A stretch of DNA of 64,000 nucleotides from an archaeon GW2011_AR10 (GTDB lineage Archaea; Iainarchaeota; Iainarchaeia; Iainarchaeales; GW2011-AR10), in NCBI GenBank assembly GCA_000830275.1, contig CP010424.1, positions 1,071,311 through 1,135,310 on the forward strand, in the 5' to 3' direction. A program made the translations under genes and the position numbers. Position 1 is the first letter of the stretch. The number at the start of each line of letters is the position of its first letter. Positions 56,898 through 64,000 of this stretch are shown piece by piece. The notes beneath the pieces were generated by a model. The model searched no databases. It had not been told where the DNA came from and worked only from the letters and a program-made list of their open reading frames with translations.

Positions 56898-57713
56898 ATG
56901 GCAAAAACCTATAAGAGGTCTGCAACTAGGGCCCTGAAAAAGCAGATAAAATCCCTGAAAAAAGAGGGCACAAAAATTAAGTCAAAGACCTCAAAGCTTG
57001 ATGTTGAGCTGAAGAAGCTGAAGGACGGCCTCGAAAAGCTTAAGGGGAAAGGCGTGAAGAAAAAACAGCTTTCGAGGTACAACTTGTTCATTCGTGACCA
57101 GCTGAAGAAGGGCAGGACATTTGTTCAGGCAGTGCGGCTTTGGAAGAGAGCCGAGAAAGCAACAAGGGTTTTAAGAAAAAAGCCAAGCACAAAAAGCAAA
57201 ACAGTGAAGCCAAAATCAGTTCCCAAAAAGAAATCAGCAGGCCATAAAACCGCCAAAAAAGCAAAAAGCAGTAAAGCGAAAACAAAGCCTGCCAGGAAAA
57301 AAATAACTAAAAAGGTTATAAGAAAGGTTAAGGTTCCAACTGTTATTACAAAGTTTAAGCCAAGGATAATTGAGAAAGATGTTCTTTCCAAGGAAAAAAT
57401 TGACCAGATTGTTTCAAGGCTTGACGAAAAACAGAAATCAATGATTGACTCAATAATGTTGCAGATGAAGTATCCAAAACAAGCAATGGTTTCTGAAAGC
57501 GCGGTTGTTCCATCAGATGAGGAAATCGCGATAAAACTCACGAGGCTTTACTTCCGAGAAATAGCTCAACTCGGATTTAAGCGCGGCCTAGAGCTTGATG
57601 CAATAATCAATGCTTACCTTTACTCTCTTGCAAGAGTGCAGAGGATGGGCTTTGAAAGCCAAGAGATAATTGACGCAATAAGAAAATCGGAGATAAGCAG
57701 GAAAGCGTTTTAG
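56898..57713 (+). CDS. Lys-rich DNA-binding-like protein with C-terminal paralogous domain
   Basis: A histone-H1-like K-rich region; the segment LSRYNLFIRDQLKKGRTFVQAVRLWKR loosely resembles an HMG box; the C-terminal ~45 aa are shared with the next ORF. Confidence 0.4.
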   Translation: MAKTYKRSATRALKKQIKSLKKEGTKIKSKTSKLDVELKKLKDGLEKLKGKGVKKKQLSRYNLFIRDQLKKGRTFVQAVRLWKRAEKATRVLRKKPSTKSKTVKPKSVPKKKSAGHKTAKKAKSSKAKTKPARKKITKKVIRKVKVPTVITKFKPRIIEKDVLSKEKIDQIVSRLDEKQKSMIDSIMLQMKYPKQAMVSESAVVPSDEEIAIKLTRLYFREIAQLGFKRGLELDAIINAYLYSLARVQRMGFESQEIIDAIRKSEISRKAF

Positions 57714-57724
57714 GGGGCGGTTAA

Positions 57725-58003
57725 ATGGAGAAAAAAAATTCTTTGTCGGATGAAGAGGTTGCATTTGAGATTGTGAAGCTTTACTTTGAGGAAATAGCAA
57801 GGCTTGGCTTTAAGAGGAGCCTGGACCTTGATGCAATAATCAATGCTTACTTTTACACAAACGAAAGGCTGAAGAACAAGAGCAAGGACTTGGAAGAAAT
57901 AAGGAAAAAGGTTTTAGAGGAAGAGAGAAAGCTTGCAACCGAAACAAAAGAAGAGCTTTTCCCAAGCCTTGAGGAATTAAAGCAAAAACTTGGGGATGCC
58001 TAA
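57725..58003 (+). CDS. Small protein sharing the VKLYFEEIARLGFKRSLDLDAIINAYFY domain with the upstream gene
   Basis: A 24-bp identical DNA stretch (57593-57616 vs 57827-57850). Confidence 0.4.
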   Translation: MEKKNSLSDEEVAFEIVKLYFEEIARLGFKRSLDLDAIINAYFYTNERLKNKSKDLEEIRKKVLEEERKLATETKEELFPSLEELKQKLGDA

Positions 58004-58009
58004 CAAAAT

Positions 58010-59197
58010 TCAGTGTGACAACTGTATTTTTATCACGTCGTTGTTTTTGAGCTCGTGGTCTTTTCCTATTCTTTGGCCTGTCCTGCAGTCAACTGCTGCG
58101 ATGAACCTTTCAACGAAGCCTGAGTGAATTGCTTCCGCCAGCCTAATAGCAGTTGAGCCCTTTCTCAGCAAGTAAGCGTCAGGCAAAAAGTTTCCTTTCC
58201 CGCTCTGCCACTTGTTTGAGTCCTGCACTGGGTAAACAACTATTAGGCTCAAAAGCCCGAAAGCAGTTTTATTGATTGCCTGTTGGACGCCGGTGCTGCC
58301 CCACTTTTTCAAAACATTTGACATTATGAATTCTAGTGCTTTCCTCTGCTTTTCTGGGAGTTCTTGTTTCAGCAGCTTGAATTCGCTGCTGCCTGGCACA
58401 TACTCAATTATTCCTGCTTTTGCTGCTTTCCTTAACGCAAGCTCCGCTTCACTGCAGCACGGGATTATAATGTGCTGCGGGAACTCCTTGACAAGCCTTT
58501 CATAGTTTTCCTTTGCGCCCTCCAAATCAATCTTGTTTGCAACAACAATCATTGGCTTGCTTTTTTTTCTTATTTCCTCAGAAAATCGCAGTATTTCCTC
58601 CTCACTCCATGAGTCTGGCTTTTCGCTGAAGGAGCCTTTCTCCAGAACGCTTTTGACTTCATCTTCTGTTATGCCTAGGCCTGTTAGCTGATTTGCAAGC
58701 CCCTCGCTTGCTTTCCCTGCAAGGGATGCCTGCTTCGAGATTTTGCCCCAGTTCTTGGTGAGAATTCCATTAATCCAATAGCTTATTTCTTTTTCAAGGA
58801 ACCGCACATCCTCTGCCGGGTCATTGCTCTCAACGGAGTTTCCCTCAAGGTCTGTTCTCCCGCTTGCATCAAGCACCTGAATCAGTGCTTTTGCCTGCAT
58901 CAAGTCATTCATGAAAGCATTTCCAAGGCCCTTTCCTTTGTGGGCGTCAGGCACCAATCCTGCAACATCCAGCAAAGTGATTGGAATAAGCCTTATGCTA
59001 TTCTCGCACTTGCTGTTAACGGGCTGGCAGGGCTTTTCTTTTTCCTCGTGCACGCATTTTGTTGAAACATATGCTGTGCCCTGGTTGGGCTTGATTGTTG
59101 TGAAAGGCCGGTTCGCTATTTCCACATCAACAAGCGTTGCTGCGCTAAAAAAAGTTGATTTTCCCTTGTTTGGGCCCCCTACAACGCCTATAATCAT
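58010..59197 (-). CDS. Obg-family GTPase (YchF/OLA1-like) with C-terminal TGS-like domain
   Basis: G1 GVVGGPNKGKST, a FTT effector region, C-terminal ...NDVIKIQLSH. Confidence 0.6.
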   Translation of the reverse strand: MIIGVVGGPNKGKSTFFSAATLVDVEIANRPFTTIKPNQGTAYVSTKCVHEEKEKPCQPVNSKCENSIRLIPITLLDVAGLVPDAHKGKGLGNAFMNDLMQAKALIQVLDASGRTDLEGNSVESNDPAEDVRFLEKEISYWINGILTKNWGKISKQASLAGKASEGLANQLTGLGITEDEVKSVLEKGSFSEKPDSWSEEEILRFSEEIRKKSKPMIVVANKIDLEGAKENYERLVKEFPQHIIIPCCSEAELALRKAAKAGIIEYVPGSSEFKLLKQELPEKQRKALEFIMSNVLKKWGSTGVQQAINKTAFGLLSLIVVYPVQDSNKWQSGKGNFLPDAYLLRKGSTAIRLAEAIHSGFVERFIAAVDCRTGQRIGKDHELKNNDVIKIQLSH

Positions 59198-59261
59198 TTT
59201 GCCCCGAAATCACTTCTCTTTCAATCATTCTTTAATTTTAACTGAAAAAAATTATGTGCAG

Positions 59262-59444
59262 GCAGCTGTAGTGTAATGGCAGCATCCGAGCTTCCCAAAA
59301 GCGGAAAGGCCCGTTTACGACCTGTACTTGTTCCACTTTCAGTGGGACGGTAGTTCAAGGTTTGCTCAAGTTTGCTCATACGGCCTTAGTTATTTTCACG
59401 ATTGGAATGAGCTCGTAGCCCGGGTTCGAGTCCCGGCAGCTGCA
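59262..59444 (+). tRNA. tRNA-Gly (anticodon CCC) with ~112-nt intron at position 37/38
   Basis: Exon 1 is 59262-59297 (acceptor GCAGCTG, D-stem GTGT/GCAT, anticodon stem CGAGC, loop TTCCCAA); exon 2 is 59410-59444 (A-GCTCG-TAGC-CCGGG-TTCGAGT-CCCGG-CAGCTGC-A). The intron, 59298-59409, contains a family-1 element. An alternative register gives Trp(CCA) but needs C33. Confidence 0.6.
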
Positions 59445-59625
59445 TTAAACCGTATTCGGTTTACGAATGTGCCATGCTCCGTTTCACTTTGCATGGCACT
59501 GCTCAAACGGAAAGATCCGTTTACGACCTATATGTGTGCCATCTTCGATGGCACGATAATTTTGCTCAGTTGCAAGGTGTGCAATCTGCGATGGCACTGG
59601 CTCACTTCGTTCTCCAAAAAAAGAA
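59445..59625. repeat. Cluster of 3-4 family-1 hairpin units (GTGCCAT..ATGGCAC stems; AAACGG-loop-CCGTTT hairpins; TTTACGA linkers)
   Basis: Direct inspection; shares TTTACGACCT, AAACGGAAAG and TGGCTC motifs with copies at 2855-3000, 3482-3610, 3986-4044. Confidence 0.65.
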
Positions 59626-59929
59626 AGAAGAGAAAGGGTCAGTTGACCCTTTTTAATTCCTTTATCCTTTCCTCGATTCCTTTGACTTCGTTTTCAAGGC
59701 TGTCCTTGTATTCTTCCAGCATTTCTATTTTCTCTTCTTTTGTAAGGTACCTTCTTGGGGCTTCAAAGCCTTCCCCGCAACATACGTAACTCACTCCAAT
59801 TCCTCCCGAACATTTAATTTGTATCGGTTATACGATACTTAAGTAGTATTTATACTAAGGCATATTTATATATATCGGTCACCCAATATTAGTATGCATG
59901 ATACTAGTTATGCCAGATACTGTTGTGAC

Positions 59930-60199
59930 ATGCGCGGCATGCTTTCCTTTCTCATTCTTTTCTTGCTCTCGAAGAAGAAAATGCATGGGCAGGAACTTGC
60001 AGAAGAAATCGGGCGAAGGAAAGGCTCGAAGCCCAGCCCCGGCACAATTTACCCTGCACTCAAGGGCCTGAGGGAAGAAGGCCTGATTGCTGAGAAAAGG
60101 GAGGGAAAGAAAGTTACTTACAGTTTAACCAAGGAAGGCGAAGCAGGTTTAAAGGATGCAAAAAAGCAGTTCTGCAGGACCTTTGTGGGCGTTTTCTAG
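59930..60199 (+). CDS. PadR-family transcriptional regulator
   Basis: MHGQELAEEIG...SPGTIYPALKGLREEGLI, a PadR wHTH. The track ORF starts at 59894; the Met at 59930 matches the PadR N-terminus. Confidence 0.7.
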   Translation: MRGMLSFLILFLLSKKKMHGQELAEEIGRRKGSKPSPGTIYPALKGLREEGLIAEKREGKKVTYSLTKEGEAGLKDAKKQFCRTFVGVF

Positions 60200-60236
60200 T
60201 AAACTGTATTAATTGTTTTTGCACTAAATAATTTTT

Positions 60237-61592
60237 ATGCCGGAACTATGGACTGAAAAGTTTTTCCCTGCAACACTTGAAGAGTTCATTGGAAATTCCG
60301 AAATTGTAAGCGAAGCAGAAAAGTGGGCTTCGGCTTGGAAGCAGGGAAAAAAACAGAAACCGCTTTTGCTGTGGGGTTACCCCGGCGTTGGAAAAACCTG
60401 TCTTGCGTTGCTGATTGCAAAGCTAAAAAACTGGGGCGTCTTTGAGCTAAATTCTTCTGCTTTCAGAAACAAGGACATTATTGAGAGGGTTGCCGGTGCA
60501 GCAGCCATGAATGCAAGCTTTTCCGGGGAAAAACGCCTGATATTGTTTGACGAGGTTGATGGGTTAAGTAGCAGTGACCGGGGCGGAGCCGGTGCAATGC
60601 TTTCAATCATAAAGGAAACCCAAAACCCGGTCATACTTACTGCTAATGACATTTACTCGGACAAAAGACTTGCTCCTTTCAGGGTTGCTGCAACTCCACT
60701 TGAGTTCAAGAAAATAAACTATTTGAGCATTGCAAAAAGGTTAAGGGAAATTCTGCAGCTGGAAGGAGCAGAGTTTGAGGAGGAAGCAGTCAAACAGCTT
60801 GCCAAATCCTCTGAAGGTGACTTTCGCTCTGCACTGCTTGATGCACAGTTTCTTTCCGTAGGTGGAAAAATAACTCTTCCCTCATTGGATGCATTGGGGG
60901 GGAGGGAGAGGCAGGAAAAGATATTCAAGGTTCTGTTTAAAATATTCAAGGGAAAAGATTTTGAGGAAATCAGGAAGTCAAGGTTTGCTGCTGAGGTAAG
61001 CGATGACCTGCTCAGTGCCTGGATTGAAGAAAACATTGCAAGGCAGTTCACTGGCAACGATGTTGCAGCTGCTTTCGATGCCTTAAGCAGGGCAGACATT
61101 TTTGAGGGAAGAATAATGCGGAGACAGCATTACGGCTTCAAGCGCTATTCCTCTGATTTAATGAGCGCAGGAGTGGGTCTTTCAAGAACAAAAGAATACC
61201 ATTCTTTCACGCCGTTTCAGTTTCCGACAATTCTGTCAATGCTTTCAAGGTCAATTGCTTTGAGAGCAATGAAAAAAGAGCTTGCAAAAAAAATCGGGAA
61301 ACAGACCCACTCTTCTTCTAGAGAAGTTATGGCTTACGACTTTCCTTTTTTTAGACAAGTGTTAGAAGATAAGGAAAAAATGGTTGAGTTTGCAGCGCAG
61401 TTTGAGCTGGATGAAAACGAAATTGCTTTCATGCTGAACTCAAAGCCCGAAACAAAAAAGGTTCAATCGCTTCTGCTTGAAGCACAGCAGCTCAGGGCAA
61501 AAGAGCTGGCTCCAAAAAAAGTTCCACCCGCTGTTGCCAGCAAGCAATCAGGAGAAGCAGGCAAGGACAGCAGGCAGGCAAGACTGTTCTAA
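60237..61592 (+). CDS. rfcL: Replication factor C large subunit
   Basis: WTEKFFPATLEEFIGN...LLLWGYPGVGKT Walker A, DEVDGL Walker B; ~450 aa. Confidence 0.8.
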   Translation: MPELWTEKFFPATLEEFIGNSEIVSEAEKWASAWKQGKKQKPLLLWGYPGVGKTCLALLIAKLKNWGVFELNSSAFRNKDIIERVAGAAAMNASFSGEKRLILFDEVDGLSSSDRGGAGAMLSIIKETQNPVILTANDIYSDKRLAPFRVAATPLEFKKINYLSIAKRLREILQLEGAEFEEEAVKQLAKSSEGDFRSALLDAQFLSVGGKITLPSLDALGGRERQEKIFKVLFKIFKGKDFEEIRKSRFAAEVSDDLLSAWIEENIARQFTGNDVAAAFDALSRADIFEGRIMRRQHYGFKRYSSDLMSAGVGLSRTKEYHSFTPFQFPTILSMLSRSIALRAMKKELAKKIGKQTHSSSREVMAYDFPFFRQVLEDKEKMVEFAAQFELDENEIAFMLNSKPETKKVQSLLLEAQQLRAKELAPKKVPPAVASKQSGEAGKDSRQARLF

Positions 61593-63260
61593 CTAGATTT
61601 CGAGCTCAATGACGCAGGTTTTCTCTTCAACGCCAAACCCTTTCAGTGTTTTCTGGCTTAATTCTCCTATAATTCCTTTTCTTCCGCCGACTGAAATCTC
61701 CCCTGTTTTTCCTTTTACGAGCGCTGGGTGCTCTGCTTCCTTAAGCGAGTAATTCCAGTTCATGTTCCTGCACACTGCCTCAAGCACCGACTTTGCTGAC
61801 GAAAAGTCTGCTCTTGGGTCACTCAAAACAATGCATAGCTTGATTTTTTCTTCCACTCCTGTCTCAAATTGAGGATTCAATTCAAGTGTTTTTCCAACCT
61901 CGAATATTTTGTGGGGAAACGAAACATGCTTGTTTTTGGAAAGGAACTCAAGCAGTTCAGGAAATATTGTTTTTCTAAATGCTTCCCAGTTGGAGGAAAC
62001 AGGGTTAGCGATTTCAACAAACCGTTCCCCGACCAAACCTGTTTTTTGTTCTTGTTTTTCCTTTGAACTCATAGTGAATGTAAGCACTTCTTGAAGCCCC
62101 AAGCCAACGCACACATCCCTGATTAAATCCATCCAAATTGTTTCAGGCCTCTCTTCTCCAATTACCGGCATCCTTATTGGTTCAGGCTCAATTCGGTTAT
62201 ACCCGTATGAAATAATTATGTCTTCCACTATGTCAATTGGGTGCAGAATGTCCTGCCTGTAGTCAGGGTACTCTACCTCAACCTTTTTTCCTTTCACTTT
62301 AGCGTTCATTCCGCTTCTCCCTGCCAATAAAACAATTTCATTCGGCTTAAAACTTATTCCAGAAACCTTATTTGCATATTCTAAGGCAAAAGAAATTTTC
62401 TTTGTTCCAAACTGCGGTGTTTCAATGCTTTTCGACGGATAACTTTTTGTTTTAGGGAAATTGATTTTAACTGCCTCGATTTTTCCGCCTCTGTCAGCCA
62501 ACGCCATGACCATTACCTTCAAAGCAGTATTGACGGTTTCCCAGTTCCATCCAGTGACCTCCAAAAAAAGGTTCCTTGTTTTTTCCGTTACCTTTCCCGT
62601 TTCCTCAGAGTTAATTATTGGCGGCATAGATGCAACAACGTTCCTTGAATCAATCACTATTGGGAAGCGCTCAGTTCCCTGCAAAAGGTGGCCAAACTCT
62701 TTTCCTTTGGGGTGCTCAGCTAAAATCTCCGATGGCCTCATTTTCACCCTGTATTCAAGCGGAGCAAACTCTATTTCGTTATTTCCAAGGCCCTTGTAAT
62801 AAATTGGTGGCGTCATCTTGTCAAAGTCATAGAGGCCAATTCCTGTTTCCCTTCTCTTCCTCCCAAATGTTGTGCTGACTTTTTCCTGCAACTGAATCAT
62901 CTGTACAAGCAAATTCTCAGTTACCTTAACTCCCCTGATCACCGCACAGCAAATGAACGGCCTTGACTTCTCAACTGACTTGTCGATAGTGCAGGATGTC
63001 CTTGCCTTTCCAACGCGATACTTCCTTATTCCTTTTTCCCTGCCGATTCTTGCCCTGATTTCCCTTGCAATTCCCTCCGTGCTCCACAGCTCCGGCCTGT
63101 TGGTTTCCTTGACATCAATAGAGAGTTTGTCCCCATCGCTGCCATCAATTTCCCCTTTTACGTACATTAATGCTTCTTCAAGCCCTTCCAGCGAAAACGT
63201 TTTCCCCACAAGCTTTTCCAAGTCCCTCTTGCTTACTTCCAGTGTCGGCATTTCACTCAC
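61593..63260 (-). CDS. pheT: Phenylalanyl-tRNA synthetase beta subunit (archaeal type)
   Basis: [17 protein letters not shown]... N-terminus typical of archaeal PheT; B3/4 and B5 domain layout; 555 aa. Confidence 0.8.
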   Translation of the reverse strand: MSEMPTLEVSKRDLEKLVGKTFSLEGLEEALMYVKGEIDGSDGDKLSIDVKETNRPELWSTEGIAREIRARIGREKGIRKYRVGKARTSCTIDKSVEKSRPFICCAVIRGVKVTENLLVQMIQLQEKVSTTFGRKRRETGIGLYDFDKMTPPIYYKGLGNNEIEFAPLEYRVKMRPSEILAEHPKGKEFGHLLQGTERFPIVIDSRNVVASMPPIINSEETGKVTEKTRNLFLEVTGWNWETVNTALKVMVMALADRGGKIEAVKINFPKTKSYPSKSIETPQFGTKKISFALEYANKVSGISFKPNEIVLLAGRSGMNAKVKGKKVEVEYPDYRQDILHPIDIVEDIIISYGYNRIEPEPIRMPVIGEERPETIWMDLIRDVCVGLGLQEVLTFTMSSKEKQEQKTGLVGERFVEIANPVSSNWEAFRKTIFPELLEFLSKNKHVSFPHKIFEVGKTLELNPQFETGVEEKIKLCIVLSDPRADFSSAKSVLEAVCRNMNWNYSLKEAEHPALVKGKTGEISVGGRKGIIGELSQKTLKGFGVEEKTCVIELEI

Positions 63261-64000
63261 GCACCATCCTGCTTTCCCTCAGCCAATCCAAGTCATCGCT
63301 GAACAAATACCTTATGTCCTTTATGCCAAGCTTGAACATTGCAAGCCTGTCAATGCCCATTCCCCATGCAATTGCTGGTTCTTCAATTCCAAGTGCATGC
63401 ATCATTTCTGGCCTGAAAATTCCTGCGCCGGCAAACTCAACCCAGCCGAGCTTCGGGTGCTTTGCCGAAAGCTGCACTGACGGCTCAGTGAAAGGGTAAT
63501 AATCCGGGTAAAACTTCACTGCTTCTGCTCCTGCAATTTCCGTTGCAAACTGCTTGAGCATTCCAAGGAGGCTTCTGAAGTTCAGGTTCTCTCCAACAAT
63601 GAATCCTTCAAGCTGGTTGAACTCAATCAAGTGGGATGCATCCATCACATCGGGCCTGTAACAGCGAGCAATCGCAAAATATTTGCCAGGCACTTCAATG
63701 CCTTGCACCAGCTGCCTTGCGGAATGAGCTGTTCCGTGAGCTGCAGGCATGACCTTTTCAGCAATGTCCTCACTCCAAGTGTACCTCCAGCCAATGCTCT
63801 CAGTGTTGCCGCCGTGCTCGTGCGCTGCCTTAACCGAGTTGACAATTCTTTTGTGCGGCAGCCTTCCCTTGCGTGGCGCCTTCAACTGATACGTGTCAGT
63901 CCAGCTCCTAGCAGGATGGTTCTGCGGCTGAAACAAAACATCGAAGTTGTAGAACTCCTGTGTTATGAGTGGCGCGTACATTTCCTTGAAGCCAAGCTGA
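63253..64000 (-). CDS. pheS: Phenylalanyl-tRNA synthetase alpha subunit (N-terminus beyond the window)
   Basis: Class II motifs including [25 protein letters not shown] (motif 3). The ORF is open to the window edge. Confidence 0.8.
   Translation of the reverse strand, partial: QLGFKEMYAPLITQEFYNFDVLFQPQNHPARSWTDTYQLKAPRKGRLPHKRIVNSVKAAHEHGGNTESIGWRYTWSEDIAEKVMPAAHGTAHSARQLVQGIEVPGKYFAIARCYRPDVMDASHLIEFNQLEGFIVGENLNFRSLLGMLKQFATEIAGAEAVKFYPDYYPFTEPSVQLSAKHPKLGWVEFAGAGIFRPEMMHALGIEEPAIAWGMGIDRLAMFKLGIKDIRYLFSDDLDWLRESRMVRE

Noticed and set aside
59297-59358. Family-1 elements as Orc1-binding ORB boxes / replication origin near orc1
   Set aside because: The dyad GTTCCAC-N6-GTGGGAC only superficially resembles the ORB core (TTCCA-N-TGGAA), and the elements are ~3 kb from orc1. 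One copy lies inside a tRNA intron, and there is no AT-rich unwinding element flanked by inverted copies adjacent to orc1.
59262-59444. Alternative reading of the intron-containing tRNA as tRNA-Trp(CCA)
   Set aside because: It requires C at position 33 and two nucleotides at position 26; the Gly(CCC) register gives U33, A37, standard spacing and a T-arm typical of archaeal tRNA-Gly. Kept as a caveat.
59328-59789. 153-aa plus-strand ORF
   Set aside because: Spans the tRNA intron, tRNA exon 2 and the hairpin-repeat cluster; no protein-like composition.

Overview
The window is a gene-dense, AT-rich archaeal chromosomal segment. The gene content (Rpo6, eS17, aEF-1beta, Orc1/Cdc6, both RFC subunits, Elp3, Pelota, class-I CCA enzyme, archaeal PheST, many class-III-signal-peptide pilins) suggests a reduced-genome (DPANN-like) archaeon. 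Housekeeping genes: Rad50 (CPVC zinc hook), CCA-adding enzyme, LigT, Taw3, Elp3, Pelota, ApgM, ThrRS, RFC-S, RFC-L, Orc1/Cdc6, Topo IA, Cdc48, PheT, partial PheS, YchF-like GTPase, an S2P protease, and several transcription regulators (Lrp, ArsR, PadR). There is a large type-IV-pilus/archaellum-like locus at ~22.2-31.5 kb: pilins, prepilin peptidase, two TadC/FlaJ-like genes, and a VirB11/FlaI-like ATPase interrupted by a 438-aa Ala1 (KlbA-type) intein carrying a LAGLIDADG homing endonuclease. Two further pilin clusters (16.4-18.4 kb, 39.5-42.1 kb) and a second secretion ATPase are present. Two tRNAs are found: tRNA-Arg(TCG), and a tRNA-Gly(CCC) with a ~112-nt intron at the canonical position. 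The most unusual content is non-coding. First, a family of more than 9 structured hairpin elements (TTTACGAnnTGT-stem-TTTCAG/CUUCG loop-stem) is confined to the two tRNA-bearing intergenic loci; one copy lies inside the tRNA intron and one directly 3' of tRNA-Arg. Second, a palindromic TAGCAAACAGC/GCTGTTTGCTATA element family sits immediately upstream of rad50, rfcS and topA. Third, a CCTTTTAAAAAAGG-GCGAAAA hairpin family occurs at three intergenic sites. A DUF3368(PIN)/UPF0175 toxin-antitoxin cassette is inserted with ~92-bp flanking direct repeats next to orc1. An NFACT-R (Rqc2-like) gene lies directly upstream of cdc48.
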